64,000 bases of DNA from positions 1 to 64,000 of the forward strand of contig JAXLNO010006101.1 in assembly GCA_038087875.1 (NCBI GenBank). Direction: 5' to 3'. This DNA is from Malacoraja senta (lineage: Eukaryota). Below the pieces are notes generated by a model. The model made no database searches. It was not told where the DNA came from and saw nothing but the letters and a program-made list of their open reading frames with translations. A program made the translations under genes and the position numbers. This document shows positions 10,420-22,769 of this stretch, in pieces (the stretch's first letter is position 1; each line of letters opens with the position of its first letter).

Positions 10420-12720
10420 TCCTCTGCCCATTTGAATGAGGTTAACTGGTGTTAGGCTAACTGGTCTATAATTCCCTGTTTTCTCCCTCCCGCCTTTCTT
10501 AAAAAGTGGCATAACATTAGCTACCCTCCAATCCACAGGAACTGATCCTGAGTCTATAGAACATTGGAAAATTATCACCAATGCATCCACGATTTCTCGA
10601 GTCACTTGCTTAAGTACCCTGGTATGCAGACCATCAGGCCATGGGGATTTATCAGCCTTCAGTCCCATCAGTCTACCCAACATCATTACCTGCCTAATGT
10701 GGATTTCCTTCATAGAAACATAGAAAATAGATGCAGGAGGAGGCCATTCGGCCCTTCGAGCCAGCACCGCCATTCATTGTGATCATGACTGATTGTCCCC
10801 TATCAATAACCCATGCCTGCCTTCTCCCCATATCCCTTGAATCCACTAGCCCTTAGAGCTCTATCTAACTCTCTCTTAAATCCATCCAGTGACTTGGCCT
10901 CCACTGCCCTCTGTGGCAGGGAATTACATAAATTCACAACTCTCTGGGTGAAAACGTTTTTTCTCACCTCAGTCTTAAATGACCTCCCCTTTATTCTAAG
11001 ACTGTGGCCCATGGTTCTGGACTCGCCCAACATTGGGAACATTTTTTCTGCATCTAACTTGTCCAGTCCTTTTATAATTTTATATGTTTCTATAAGATCC
11101 CCCTCATCCTTCTAAACTCCAGTGAATACAATCCAAGTATTTTCAATCTTTCCTCATATGACAGTCCTGCCATCCCAGGGATCAATCTCGTGAACCTACG
11201 CTGCACTGCTTCAATCACTATGATGTCCTTCCTCAAATTAGGAGACCAAAACTGTACACAATACTCCAGATGTGGTCTCACCAGAGCCCTATACAACTGC
11301 AGAAGAACCTCTTTACTCCTATACTGACATCCTCTTGTTATGAAGGCCAACATTCCATTATCTTTCTTCACAACCTGCTGGACCTGTAAGCCAACTTTCA
11401 GTGACCGGTGTACAAGGACACCCAGGTCTCGCTGCACCTCCGCACTTACCTAACCTAACCCCATTGAGATAATAATCTGCCCCCTTGTTTTTGCCGCCAA
11501 AGTGGATAACCTCACATTTATCTATATTATACTGCATCTGCCACGCATCTGCCCACTCACTCAACCTGTCCAGGTCACCCTGCAACCTCCTAACATCCTC
11601 TTCACAGCTCACACTGCCACTTCCGTTCCTCTGTCACCCCAGATCCTCTGGCCACTACTATATCAGGAAGATTGTTTGTGTCCTCCTTAGTGAAGACGGA
11701 TCCAAAGTACCTGTTCAACCCATCTGCCATTTCCTTGTTCCCCATAATAAATTCACCTTTTTCAGTCTTCAAGGGTCCAACTTTGGTCTTAACTAATTTT
11801 ATCCTCTTTACATACTTAAAGAAACTTTTTCTATCCTGCTTTATATTCTTGGCTAGCTTACCTTTGTACCTCATCTTTTCTTCCCGTATTGTCTTTTGTT
11901 ATCTTCTGTTGCTCTTTAAACATTACCCAATCATCTTGCTTCCCGCTCATCTTTGCTACGTTGCACTTCTTCTCTTTTATTTTTATACTGTCCCTGATGT
12001 CCCTTGTCAGCCACGGTCGCCCCTTTCTCCCCTTGGAATCTTTCTTCCTCCTAGGAATGAACAGATCCTGCACCTTCTGTATTATTCCTAGAAATACCTG
12101 CCATTTGTGTTCCACTGTCATCCCTGTTAATGTATCTTTCCAGTCAACCTTGGCCAGCTCCTCCCTCATGGCTCCCTAGTCCCCTTTATTCAACTGTAAC
12201 ACCGACACCTCCGATCTACCCTTCTCCCTCTCCAACCGTAGATTAAACCTGACCATATTATGGTCACTACCTCCTAATGGCTCATTAACCTCAAGTTCCT
12301 TTATCAGATCAGGTTCATTACATAACACTAAATCCAGAATTATCTTCTCCCTGGTAGGCTCCAATACAAGCTGCTCTAAGAATCCATCACAAAGGCACTC
12401 TACAAAGTCCCTTTCTTGTGGTCCAGTACCAACCTGACTTTCCCAGTCTACTTGCATGTTGAAATCTCCCATAACAACCACAGCATTACCTTTGCTACAT
12501 GACAATTTTAACTCCTGATTCAACTTGCACCCTATGTCCAGGCTACTGTTTGGGGGCCTGTAGATAAGTCCCACTAGGGTCTTTTTACCCTTACACTTCC
12601 TTAGTTCTATCCATACTGACTCCACATCTCCTGTTTCAATGTCACCCCCTTGCAAGGGACTGAATTTCATTCCTCACCAACAGAGCTACCCCACCCCTTC
12701 TGCCCACCTGTCTGTCTTTT
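10420..12720 (-). mobile_element. CR1 LINE fragments (APE endonuclease to 3' tail, internally deleted, plus an extra RT-upstream piece)
   Basis: Minus-strand ORFs: ESVWIEL…YRPPNS…GDFN…LDLVL…SDHN (APE), DKSPWPDGLH…WRVANVMPLFKKG, LVRPHLEYCVQFWSP, FTQRVVNLCNSLP; tail …CCTATTTTCTATGTTTCTATG. Confidence 0.92.
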
Positions 12721-12784
12721 CGTTAGGAGATATACTTGAATATTCAGTTCCCAGCCCTGGCCCTCTTGCAGCCATGTCTCTGTT

Positions 12785-12885
12785 TCTGTGTAGGATAGTG
12801 TTAGTGTGTGGTGATCGCTGGTCGGCGTGGACTCGGTGGGCTGAAGGAACTGTTTCCACGCTGTATCTCTAAACTAAACTAAAAT
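12785..12885 (+). mobile_element. HE1/V-SINE-type SINE 3' half
   Basis: GGATAGTGTTAGTGTG…GATCGCTGGTCGGCGTGGACTCGGTGGGCTGAAGG…CTGTATCTCTAAACTAAACTAAA. Confidence 0.75.
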
Positions 12886-14494
12886 GGAATCCCATCCCGA
12901 GTAGGCAGAACCTTCCCATTGAAACACTTACTAGTTACTTGAATCCCTAACCCAATCACAAAGTATCCCATTACATTGTTTCAACAGAAAGTTCTAGCAG
13001 GGACTCCGTTGACATAGTTTACATAGGTATAGAAACATTTCCCCAAACAATCTGAACAAGGCTTCACAGTTTAACAAATCACAAGATAACAGAACAACCA
13101 CTCTGCAACATAATTAACAGTATTTACAACTCCACCTTATCTGACCAATCCTGACCATGCACCTCTGAGCTCTTCTGCAAAGTCATCAACATTTTAACAA
13201 AGAAATGGACATCTGGACATCACCTTATCCTTGACTTCCATCTCTGGTCCAGACTCTTTGAAGCTGTAACTTGCAGCTTGAAACTTTTCACAGAAAGAGG
13301 CCAAGCAGGCCTTGCAAATGCAAAGATCCTCCATTTTGTGACATCTCTAATTTGGCCAATAATAATAGAACAAGGAACTGCAGACCAGACTATACTAACA
13401 GAACAATAAAACGGACGTGGATGAGATTAAACTCACCCGGAGGGTGGTTCCAATCTGGGACACTCTGCCTGTGGAGATGGTGGAGGCTTGGACTTTCCCT
13501 GCAGCTGCAGGAGATGCTCCACTGCAGGAGATGCTCCACTGCAGCAGCAGCGAGAGCTCCACTGCGGCAGTGGCTGCTCCACAGCAGGAGGGGCTTCAAT
13601 GCAGGAACCTGCTCCACTGCAGCATCTGCTCCCCTGCAATATCTGCTCCACTGCAACATCATGTCCATTGTAACGGCAGCAGCTCCATTGTAATGCCTTA
13701 TTTTTAATTCCACGTGATGAAATGAGCACACCCAAGAGACTTGTGATTAGTCCCTGATTATTGGCAGCAGGATATGTACAGTTTTGCTTCTGATGACTAT
13801 TTCCTCCTGGTAAGGTTCCTCACCAATATTCAAAAATTCCCATCAGTGATCTCAAATTGGACTAACTTTACAATCAATACCAAAGCTTGATGTCATTCAG
13901 AAGATGGTGACCATGGACAACACAAACCCACAGACATTGGGGCCCAGTTATGCTTTTTAATGTTGTACTAGTCACAGTCCTGAAATCAGAGATTGGACAA
14001 AGGTCAATGTTCCCATTGATGAAGAGGTGGATTGTCCTGGTTGTTCATTATTCAATCCATTTACTCAACCATGGCACAAAGTGTCACTGTCAGTACAGGC
14101 AGCAAGAATGAGCCATTACTTTAAACCTGGAGGAATAGAAAGAAGGATTCTGATCTATTTCACTTACCACACAGATGTGTGAAACTGAAAGATTGGTTAT
14201 TGCGATTTCTGACCTGGAAATAGACACATACTCATCCGTCATATTCTTCATGCTGGTTGATTATTCTTTAACTCTGAAAAATAATTTTTAGGTTGTTTGC
14301 TGTCTTTGTCAAGTAGACATGATCAATTGAATAATAGCATGAATACTCTGGAGGAAATAGTAATAACGATAACATTGCAAAGTGATGTTTCCACAGATAT
14401 TTTGCACGGGTAAGTTCAATGAAGATAAATACCTGAAGTTGGCCATAACAGATGATGAGCATGTTTTATTTTTCACAGGATTAAATGTACCATA

Positions 14495-14780
14495 GAAAAC
14501 ATAGAAACATAGAAATTAGGTGCAGGAGTAGGCCATTCGGCCCTTCGAGCCTGCACCGCCATTCAATATGATCATGGCTGATCATCCAACTCAGTATCCC
14601 GTACCTGCCTTCTCTCCATACCCTCTGATCCCTTTAGCCACAAGGGCCACATCTAGCTCCCTCTTAAATATAGCCAATGAACTGGCCTCGACTACCCTCT
14701 GTGGCAGAGAGTTCCAGAGATTCACCACTCTCTGTGTGAAAAAAGTTCTTCTGATCTCGGTTTTAAAGGATTTCCCCCTT
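14495..14780 (-). mobile_element. CR1 3' end fragment
   Basis: IRGKSFKTEIRRTFFTQRVVNLWNSLPQRVVEASSLAIFKRELD plus the CR1 tail. Confidence 0.9.
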
Positions 14781-16199
14781 ATCCAAAGCCAGAATTCATG
14801 ACAAATCGGAGCAGAAAGCATCAAACCCAAGTTTATGAATCCAGCGACTCAGATGAGGATTGGACACCTAAACTTTTGACAAAAAAAACACAACGTAATT
14901 TAAATCTGTTTGAAATATTAAATGCAGTTTTTCAAATAAAATTGATTCTAATCAATTTGGCCGTTAGCCTATGGAATCTGTTGCCAGGGAGATTATATTC
15001 TTAACTTTGGAGTGGTGGAAAACTTGAATATATTTTTCCAAATGTGTTATTCATTAAGTGAAAATTTACTTTTCCTAATTTTTACTTTTATGATATGTTG
15101 CTTATTTTAAACTCAATTACATTAGATATATCCAACATTTCCAAACTATTGAGATCCAGTCTGTGCTTCTCCAAAGCAGAGCTGATGTGTCACTTTTTTT
15201 CCCCAAGGATTCAGAATCTTTAGGCCTCCTTTTAAGGTTTTTCTGATATTTTAAAAATATGTGCAGGTTTTGTTCTTGCCCACTTGCAGGTATGATTTAT
15301 ATAATTTGTTTACATAATATGTTACAAATACAGGTAAATACGTAATTTGGGTCACAAAATGAAACGAAAAAGCACCTCGGCCCACGGTCTACTTGGTTTC
15401 AGTGTAAATTGTCCCTAGTGTGTGTGGGATAGTGTTTGTGTGTGGGGATCGCTGGTCGGCGTGGAGTCGGTGGGCTGAAGGGCCTGTTTCCGTGCTGTAT
15501 CTCTAAACTAAACTAAAATGGAGTCCCATCCCGAGTAGGCAGAACCTTCCCATTGAAACACTTACTAGTTACTTGAATCCCAGTAGATTACGACACCACG
15601 TATCTGATCTCCTTTGATTCATTGTTGACAGGTCACAACATCAAAATGAACGTGTAAAGCAAAGAACCGCAGATGCTGAAAATCTGAAATAAAAATGGAA
15701 GAAAATTCAAAAAACATTCAGCAGGTTCGACAGCATTTGTGGAGAAAGAAACAGTTCAGTTTCAGATCAGAGACCCTTCACCAGAGTAGGAAACAGCAAC
15801 AAAAACAAGTTTTTCAGTTGTAGAGAGGGGTTGTGGTGGATTGGTGGAACAAAGGGGATAATATCTCTGATGGGGCAAGAACAGATGAGGAAACGTAGTA
15901 TTTGGAGTCAGCAATTAGAATAAGATGATGGAATAAGGAACTGCAGACCAGACTATACTAACAGAACAATAAAACAGACGTGGATGAGATTAAACGCACC
16001 CAGAGGGTGGTTGCAATCTGGGACACGCTGCCTGAAGAGATGGTGGAGGCTTGAACTTTCCCTGCAGCTGCAGGAGATGCTCCACTGCAGGAGATGCTCC
16101 ACTGCACGAGGGGCTTCAATGCAGGAACCTACTCCGCTGCAGCGGGAAATCGAGGATGGGTGTAGACGGGAGACTCGCGACGGCTTTTGGCTCCTTTTC

Positions 16200-18680
16200 C
16201 AGCCGCCAACGGCCGGGGGGAGGGGCTATAAATAGCAGGAGCGGCAGAGAGGCGGCGAGTAGTGGAGGCAGGGATTAGGTGTGAGGTGGAGTTTAGTCGT
16301 GAGGTGGAGTTTAGTCATGAGGTGGAGTTTAGTCGTGAGTTTGACGCTGTGTTTCCGACCCCTCGCTCTCTGCCCAATGCCTTGTGCTTTGAATTGCCCG
16401 TTGGGTTAAAGTTAATGATCAGTTCATTGATTACATGTGATGCTGAAAAGAAAGTGTCCGTGCAATAAATACCGACTCTGCAGATTGAACGTGAAGCCGA
16501 GGGCAGTTTGTTCACAGTCTGTGCGTGCAGAGCTGGGCAGCATCTGTTTCATTTCGCTGTCCATTGAACAACCCAACCACAGCTGCCCCGTCTGTGGGCT
16601 GTGCACATCTGGAAAAGCGCAGAAAGTCAGGCAGTAACTGTGGAGAGAGTAAAGCTGCCTGCAAACCGCCCCACCCCACTGAAATGTACAGGGCTTGGCG
16701 ATCGCACATACTTTCTGTACTGAGGTCGGGGAAGTTTCACTTCTGTCACAATCTCCAGGACCCTGCAATCTACTGTGCAAGTCTTGCCCTAGTTTCACCT
16801 CCCAACCTCCACGCTTCCTACTTGTCGACTGCCTGCAGGCCCCGGGCCCCAACACTGGCCCGCGCCGCCTGCCCCAACACCACCAGGCCCAGTCCCGCGA
16901 CACAATCTTTGCCACGAGGAGCAGCACCAGCACTCACCGCCACCCTGACCGACCTCAGGCCCGGATCATCGAAGACGCCGCTGTCGCCGACCTTCACGTG
17001 GCCGCTGCCGCCGACCTTCACCCACTCACCGATGAGGACGATCCTCGTTAACTCACTGGGACCGCCAACTATCGCCGCCTCACCGATAACGCCGACTCTC
17101 ACTGCCTCACCGGTACCTCCGACCCTCACCGCCTCACCGGTACCTCCGACTATCGCCACCTCACCGGGACCGCCGAGCCTACCCGGCCATCCGCTGACCG
17201 CTACTTCCGACGCTTTGCCCGCTGACCCAGACTCCACTCCCCGTGGGCCTCCACCATTGACTCTACTGGCCCTCGCCACTCCACCGCCCTCCAGCAGCTC
17301 ACAGCCGTCGCTTTACCCGAGTCTCCTCCATGACTTCCGTTTTGCAGCCCCCATTCAGCATGGATGTCCAGTCACTCTACACCTCCATCCCACACCAGGA
17401 GGGTTTTAAAGCCCTCTGTTTCTTCCTCGACCACAGAACCAACCAATCCCCGTCTACTGATACTCTTCTCCGCCTAGCGGAGCTGGTCCTTACCCTCAAC
17501 AACTTTTCCTTTAACTTCTCCCAATTCCTCCAAATCCAAGGCAAAGCTATGGGCACGCGCATGGGCCACAGCTATGCCTGCCTCTTTGTAGGGTACATCG
17601 AACAATCCCTGTTCGAGACGTAGCAGGGCCCTATCGCCGAACTCTACCTCCGCTACATCGACGACTGCATTGGTGCTACCTCCTGCACCCATGCACAACT
17701 CACTGACTTCATCCATTTCAGCTATCTGGACTACACTTCTTCCCTCCCTGCTTCCTGTAAGGACTATCCCCTACTCCCAAATTCCTCTATGCCGCATCAG
17801 CACCCAGGATGAGGTGTTCCAAACCTCATTCTTTAGGAAACGGGGGTTCCCTCTTCGATTATAGATGAGGCTCTCACCAGGGTCTCCCCTCTATCCCGTA
17901 GCTCAGTTCTCACTCCCCATCCCCCCACCCGTAACAAGGACAGAGTCCCCCTTGTCCTCACCTTCCATCCCACAAGCCATCAGATACAACAGATAACCCT
18001 CCGACATTTTCGCCACCTCCAACGGGATCCCACCACTTGCCACATCTTCCCATCTCCTCCCCTTTCGGCTTTCCGCAGAGACCGCTCCCTCCATAACTCC
18101 CTGGTTAATTTGTCCCTTCCCACCCAAACCACCCCCTCCCCTGGCACTTTCCCTTGCAGCCGCAGGAAATGCTACACTTGTCATTTTACCTCCCCCCATG
18201 ACTCCATCCAAGGACCCAAGCAGTCTTTCCAGGTGAGGCAGAGGTTCACCTGCACCTCCTCCAACCTCACCTATTGCATCCGCTGTTCTAAGTGTCAACT
18301 GCTCTACATCGGTGAGACCAAGCGCAGGCTTGGCGATCGCTTTGACCAACACTTCCGCTCTGTTCGCATTAACCAACCCGATCTCCCGGTGGCTCAGCAC
18401 TTCAACTCCCCCTCCCATTCCGAATCCGACCTTTCTGTACTGGGCCTCCTCCATGGCCAGAGTGAGTCTCACCGTAAATTGGAGGAGCAACACCTCATAT
18501 TTCGCTTGGGCAGTTTACACCCCAGCGGTATGAACATTGACTTCAGGTAGTCCTTGCTTTCTCCCTCCTTCCTCTCCCCTTCCAATCTCTCCCACAGCCT
18601 ACTGTCTCTGCCTCTTCCTTTCTTCCTCCCGCCTCCCATCCCCACATCAGTCTGAAGAAGGGTCTCGACCCGTAACGTCA
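16200..18680 (+). mobile_element. Penelope-like element (RT + GIY-YIG), degenerate and internally deleted
   Basis: TATAAATA at about 16227 in the leader. RT motifs MDVQSLYTSIPHQEG…LAELVLTLNNFSFN…AMGTRMG.SYACLFVGY…RYIDDCIG. GIY-YIG region CSRRKCYTC…YCIRCSKCQLLYIGETKRRLGDRF…GMNIDF. Tail CTGAAGAAGGGTCTCGACCCG. Confidence 0.92.
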
Positions 18681-18769
18681 TCTTGTATTAATCAAATGTA
18701 AATATCAAAAAATAAATTGTCACATTTGTGTCTTGAATCAACTGCAACTAAAACCTACACCATTTTTGT

Positions 18770-18950
18770 AGCTCTCTGGCGGCCATTTTTGTAGTCGCTT
18801 TGGCGGCCATTTTCGTATACGATGCGGCGGCGGCCATTTTTGTAGTCGCCGTTGTGGCCATTTTTGTAGTCGTCGTGCGGTCATACGGCGGCCATTTTTG
18901 TAGTCCAACGCCTGCCATGTGACAGGAGGCCGCAGCGGCCATTTTGTCGG
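18770..18950 (-). promoter_or_regulatory. Tandem array of YY1-like motifs (about 6-7 copies of GGCCATTTT / CTACAAAAATGGCCGC)
   Basis: Repeated GCGGCCATTTTTGTAG units; the GCCATnTT core matches the established YY1 consensus. Function is inferred. Confidence 0.55.
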
Positions 18951-19720
18951 CGGGTGGGCTGAGTCATAGACGGGCCTCGCCCCACAAACCCACCGCTGCA
19001 GGTTGGGACCGGCTCCACCCACCCACCCACCCACCGGCGCCGGGGCCGCGCCCTCCCTCCCCCGGCGGAGACTGGAAACTGCCGGCGAATCGACCTATGG
19101 CGGCAGCGACCGACCGAGCGCCGGCTGACGAGCGGCCGAGGCTCCTCCACCCCGATGCTGGGCCGAGCGGACGGACGGACGGACGGGCAGCAGCGGCCGG
19201 GGATCGTGGACATCGGCGGCGGGAGGGAGGGAGGGAGGGAGGGAGGGAGGGAGGGAGGGAGGGAGGGAGGGAGGGAGGGAGGGACAGAAGGACGTGTTGG
19301 GCCGGGGGCGGGCGGGGCAACAACAACAACAACAGCAGCAACAGCAGCCGCCGCCGCCCCAGGGAGGCCCCGCCCGCTCTACCGGGTGGCGACGCCTTGA
19401 GCAGCGGCCGGGCGGGGGCGGGGCCGGGGGCGGGGCCGGAGTGTCGGGAGGTGACGGTGGGTGATGGGCGGCGGTGCCGGTGACGCTGGGGCCGGGGGGG
19501 GGGGGGGGAGGGGCAGCTCCGGGCGGGCGGGGCTGACGCTGGGGGGGGGTGGGGCAGCTCCGGGCGGCAGCAGCCGCGGTCTCTCAGCCCCGGTGGGCGG
19601 CTCCGGCTCCGGCTCCGGCTCCGGCTCGGCTCTGTCATGCGGGAGGAGGGAAAGCGAGGGCAGAGGCTGCTGCGCCGCTGGCAGATGGTGGAGTCAGTGA
19701 CAAAGATGAAGGTGAAAGTG
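18950..19720. promoter_or_regulatory. CpG-island-like GC-rich region with GC boxes, (GGGA)n and (CAA/CAG)n
   Basis: Very high CpG density in an otherwise CpG-poor window; GGGGCGGGGCCGGGGGCGGGG at about 19415-19437; (GGGA)n at about 19223-19283. Confidence 0.6.
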
Positions 19721-20001
19721 ATGAAACTTGTTGGATCAGGACGAGCTGGGAAATGTAAAGCCAGAGGGAGGTGGGTGGGAAGGTCAAAGGGAAATATGGG
19801 GCAAGAAGATGGAGATGAACGTCCTTCCCTTCACTCCCCCTCCCTCCCTCACCCTGGTGAGCACATTCCCCACCTCACTCACTCACTCACTCACTCACCA
19901 ACCAACACCGGGTCCTTTCCCTTCCTCTCTTCACTCATCTCTCATACACCAGTCCCATAGGGAGGTTGCACCACCCGTCACCTGTACTGTTGCCACGCAG
20001 C

Positions 20002-20145
20002 GCCAGCTGGAGGACATGCGGTGAAGCCAACTGGAGGACATGCGGTGAAGCCAACTGGAGGACATGCGGTGAAGCCAACTGGAGGACATGCGGTGAAGCC
20101 AACTGGAGGACATGCGGTGAAGCCAACTGGAGGATATGCGGTGAA
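20002..20145. repeat. 24 bp tandem repeat, 6 copies
   Basis: GCCAACTGGAGGACATGCGGTGAA x6 with no spacers. Confidence 0.97.
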
Positions 20146-20528
20146 CTGCAGGTAAACATTTACTATGTAGGAATGTTACAACATTTTGAGATTTTAAACC
20201 AAGCCTGTAATTTATCCCTTCAGATAAAACATAAAATTAAGTTTAATTTGACACCTAATTCACTTTCATATCTTCAGTATTAACAAAGTTATGGCCATTT
20301 TTATACTAGGAAATTAGCATCTTGTTCTCTATTGCTTTTCCATTTAGGCTGTGGGTCGAGCATCAAAAATGTGTCTAGAAATCCATTTTCGTGACCCACA
20401 TCTCGGAACTACATGACATTTTCCATAGATTTAGATGAAATATAATTGAGAAGAAAGTCATAACTCGTCAGTGCCAAAAGTTGCACATTAAATAATTAAA
20501 CTTATTAGAAATTGAGATCGGGAAAGTA

Positions 20529-20546
20529 AGCGCCATCTAGTGGCCA
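20529..20546 (-). promoter_or_regulatory. Candidate CTCF binding site
   Basis: AGCGCCATCTAGTGGCCA closely matches the reverse complement of the vertebrate CTCF core consensus. Confidence 0.55.
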
Positions 20547-20832
20547 ATATTACACCATGGGCAGCCTATTTCCGTGTTGCAGTCCATTTAAACTATATTA
20601 TTATACCTATATATATATATGATGTAAACATGACTGTAATCATATATAATTTAGTATAATTATATTATAATGTGGCTTTGAGAAAAAAGGTACAGGATAC
20701 TGAGTTGGATGATCAGCCATGATCATATTGAATGGCGGTGCAGGCTCGAAGGGTGGAATGGCCTACTCCTGCACCTATTTTCTATGTTTCTATATAAAAA
20801 TAATATAATGAATATAATTGTGAGTGTTTTTT

Positions 20833-21212
20833 GAATGAGACTGCTCCAGAGATCTGGCTCCTGAACCAGCCTAATTAATGGGTGAGGGCAGTTCTTGTGG
20901 ATTCCTCCCTTTACTGAACCCCACTGACTGCCAGTGTGCAGAGTGGGGGTCATGGCCATAGTGGGTCTGGGGCAGTGCCAGGCTGGGGGACAGACCTGCA
21001 AGGCATCTTCCAGTCACTTTAATAGGAAAATGAATGAGACTGCTGCAGAGGTCCCAGGTTTTATGGGCTTATGAACCTGCCTAATTAAAGGGTCAGGACA
21101 GATCCTCTGGGTTCCCCCGTTTACTGAACCCCACTGACTGCCATAGTGGGGAGAGTGGGGGTCACGGCCACAGTGGGACTGGGGCAGTGCCAGGTTGGGG
21201 GACAGACCTGTA
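20833..21212. repeat. Diverged direct duplication of about 170-180 bp
   Basis: TGAATGAGACTGCT…TTTACTGAACCCCACTGACTGCCA…GGGGCAGTGCCAGG.TGGGGGACAGACCTG occurs at 20833-21001 and 21031-21212. Confidence 0.85.
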
Positions 21213-21416
21213 AGAGTAAAGTCTTATTTCTGATGTAATGAAATGTCACATCCTGACCAAGAATCGAATGCTCTGATGTTTACTCGACGAGTATTCATTT
21301 TAAGCTACAATGAGCCTATATTTATGTTACAGACCCCCTCATGGTGCCTTTGCAAATGAGGGCTATTAGCTTTAACCTAAAAGAACCCTAAAAGTTTTGC
21401 ATTGTTTGAGTATCTA

Positions 21417-21685
21417 GTTTGTGTGTGTGTCTGTGTATACCTGTCAAACGTGTATCTGTAGATGTGTGGATGTATGTGTGGGTGAATGGATGGATGTGTG
21501 TGTGGATGTGTGTGTGTCGATGTATATGTCTGGATGGATGTGTGCATGTATGTCTGCATGCGGATGGATGTGCGGATGTGTATGTGGATGCATGGATGTA
21601 TTTGTGCATGTATGTGCATGCATGGAAGTGTGCGTACGGATGTATGTATGTGTGTATGTATGTCTGTGTGGATGGGTGGGTGGAC
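21417..21685. repeat. TG/ATG-rich degenerate microsatellite
   Basis: Directly visible. Confidence 0.9.
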
Positions 21686-21797
21686 TGTTGCACTGTCATT
21701 CACCAGCACGCCATTATCATAAGTAATTCACTCATTGTTTAAATAATTTGACCAAATAAACAGTGAAACGATGGACATAAAATAAAACTTTATATAA

Positions 21798-22125
21798 TCA
21801 TTTATTTCCCCGATTTATTTGTTTCTTGGTCCTCCAAAATATTCCAAATTGGAATTTAAACTGGATCTTATCTTCATCTGAATATTCTTCATCAGATTCC
21901 AAGTCTTTTGCAGTAATAGAGTTTCTGCAGTCAACACACTGACATAAATCTGTACATGGCTCACCATGCTGTTGACATGAGCATCTTCCTTCCCTGTACT
22001 TGATTTCTCACAGTTTGTTTTCTTGCATGAACAGTATGTTAATTCTAGCAAGGTGCTTGGGGCTGGAGGCAGATCACCCTAGTCAATGTCCAATTCACCA
22101 CCTACAATTTTCCACCCATGTTCAT
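21798..22125 (-). pseudogene. C-terminal relic of an Academ(X)-like transposase (Cys-rich finger)
   Basis: Minus strand reads HGWKIVGGELDID*GDLPPAPSTLLELTYCSCKKTNC…/GRCSCQQHGEPCTDLCQCVDCRN plus an acidic tail, with one stop and one frameshift. The GW…W..LPPAP..LLEL..CxCxxxC…CxC…CTDxCxCxxCxN pattern is what I recall for the Cys finger that follows the XPG-like domain in animal Academ proteins. Confidence 0.65.
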
Positions 22126-22769
22126 GTTTGTTGACCATCACTTGTCATGGATCGAAGCAGTCTCTTTGGGGCCGTCTCATCTGCTTCACCATCAGGAACT
22201 GCCTCTTGAGGTGATTCACCTGCTTCAGGCTTTTCAGCGTCTTGAACTCAATTGAACGAGGAAAAAGAAAACAAAAAAGGAATGAAAAGTAAAATAAATC
22301 AACATCTTCAAATATATCTTTTCATGTTGTTTGAGTCCCGATTTAGCTCGATTTATTGTTATGTTGCAGAAGTGATGATAGCACTCTGCATGATAACCCG
22401 GGATACACTGCTGCCTCCTAATAATAGAAGATAAAATGTGTCGGGGAGTATTTTACATCTTTTCATGTTTTATATTAGGTAAGACAATATCAACATATCA
22501 ATGGGGAAATTATACATGTACGAATGTCCAGGTAGATGGGATGGCAAATCTGCAAATGATCAAATTAGTGTTCATTATGGCACTTTTGTGTGGACAGCCT
22601 CTGAAGAGTGGAGGGGTAGAAGCTGCAGGAAAACAAATCTCATAGTATTTAGGTCTGCATGGACTTCAATTCATGGACTTCAATTCATAAAATGTCAATC
22701 TCTTCTTAATGTCAATGAGACTTACACTGTAATTTACTGCCATAGATAAGTTAGTTCAAGTTCAAGTGG

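Noticed and set aside
14380-14940. Possible micro-exon (CACAG|ATATTTTGCACGG|GTAAGT) and an acidic ORF (YESSDSDEDW) as terminal exons of an upstream gene
   Set aside because: Too short, with no recognisable homology and no supporting upstream exons in the window.
18944-19760. Pro/Arg/Gly-rich ORFs over the CpG island
   Set aside because: They are low-complexity products of GC-rich sequence and microsatellites, with no domain motif.
20002-20145. CRISPR-like array
   Set aside because: The repeats are contiguous with no spacers, and the sequence is eukaryotic.
20345-20570. TAGGCTG/CAGCCTA as TIRs of an Academ-type MITE
   Set aside because: Only 7 bp long with no matching TSD, so it may be chance.
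22436-22749. ORF with YEC…DGK as the next PRDM9 exon
   Set aside because: Wrong strand, and it lacks the NWMR motif and matching splice sites.
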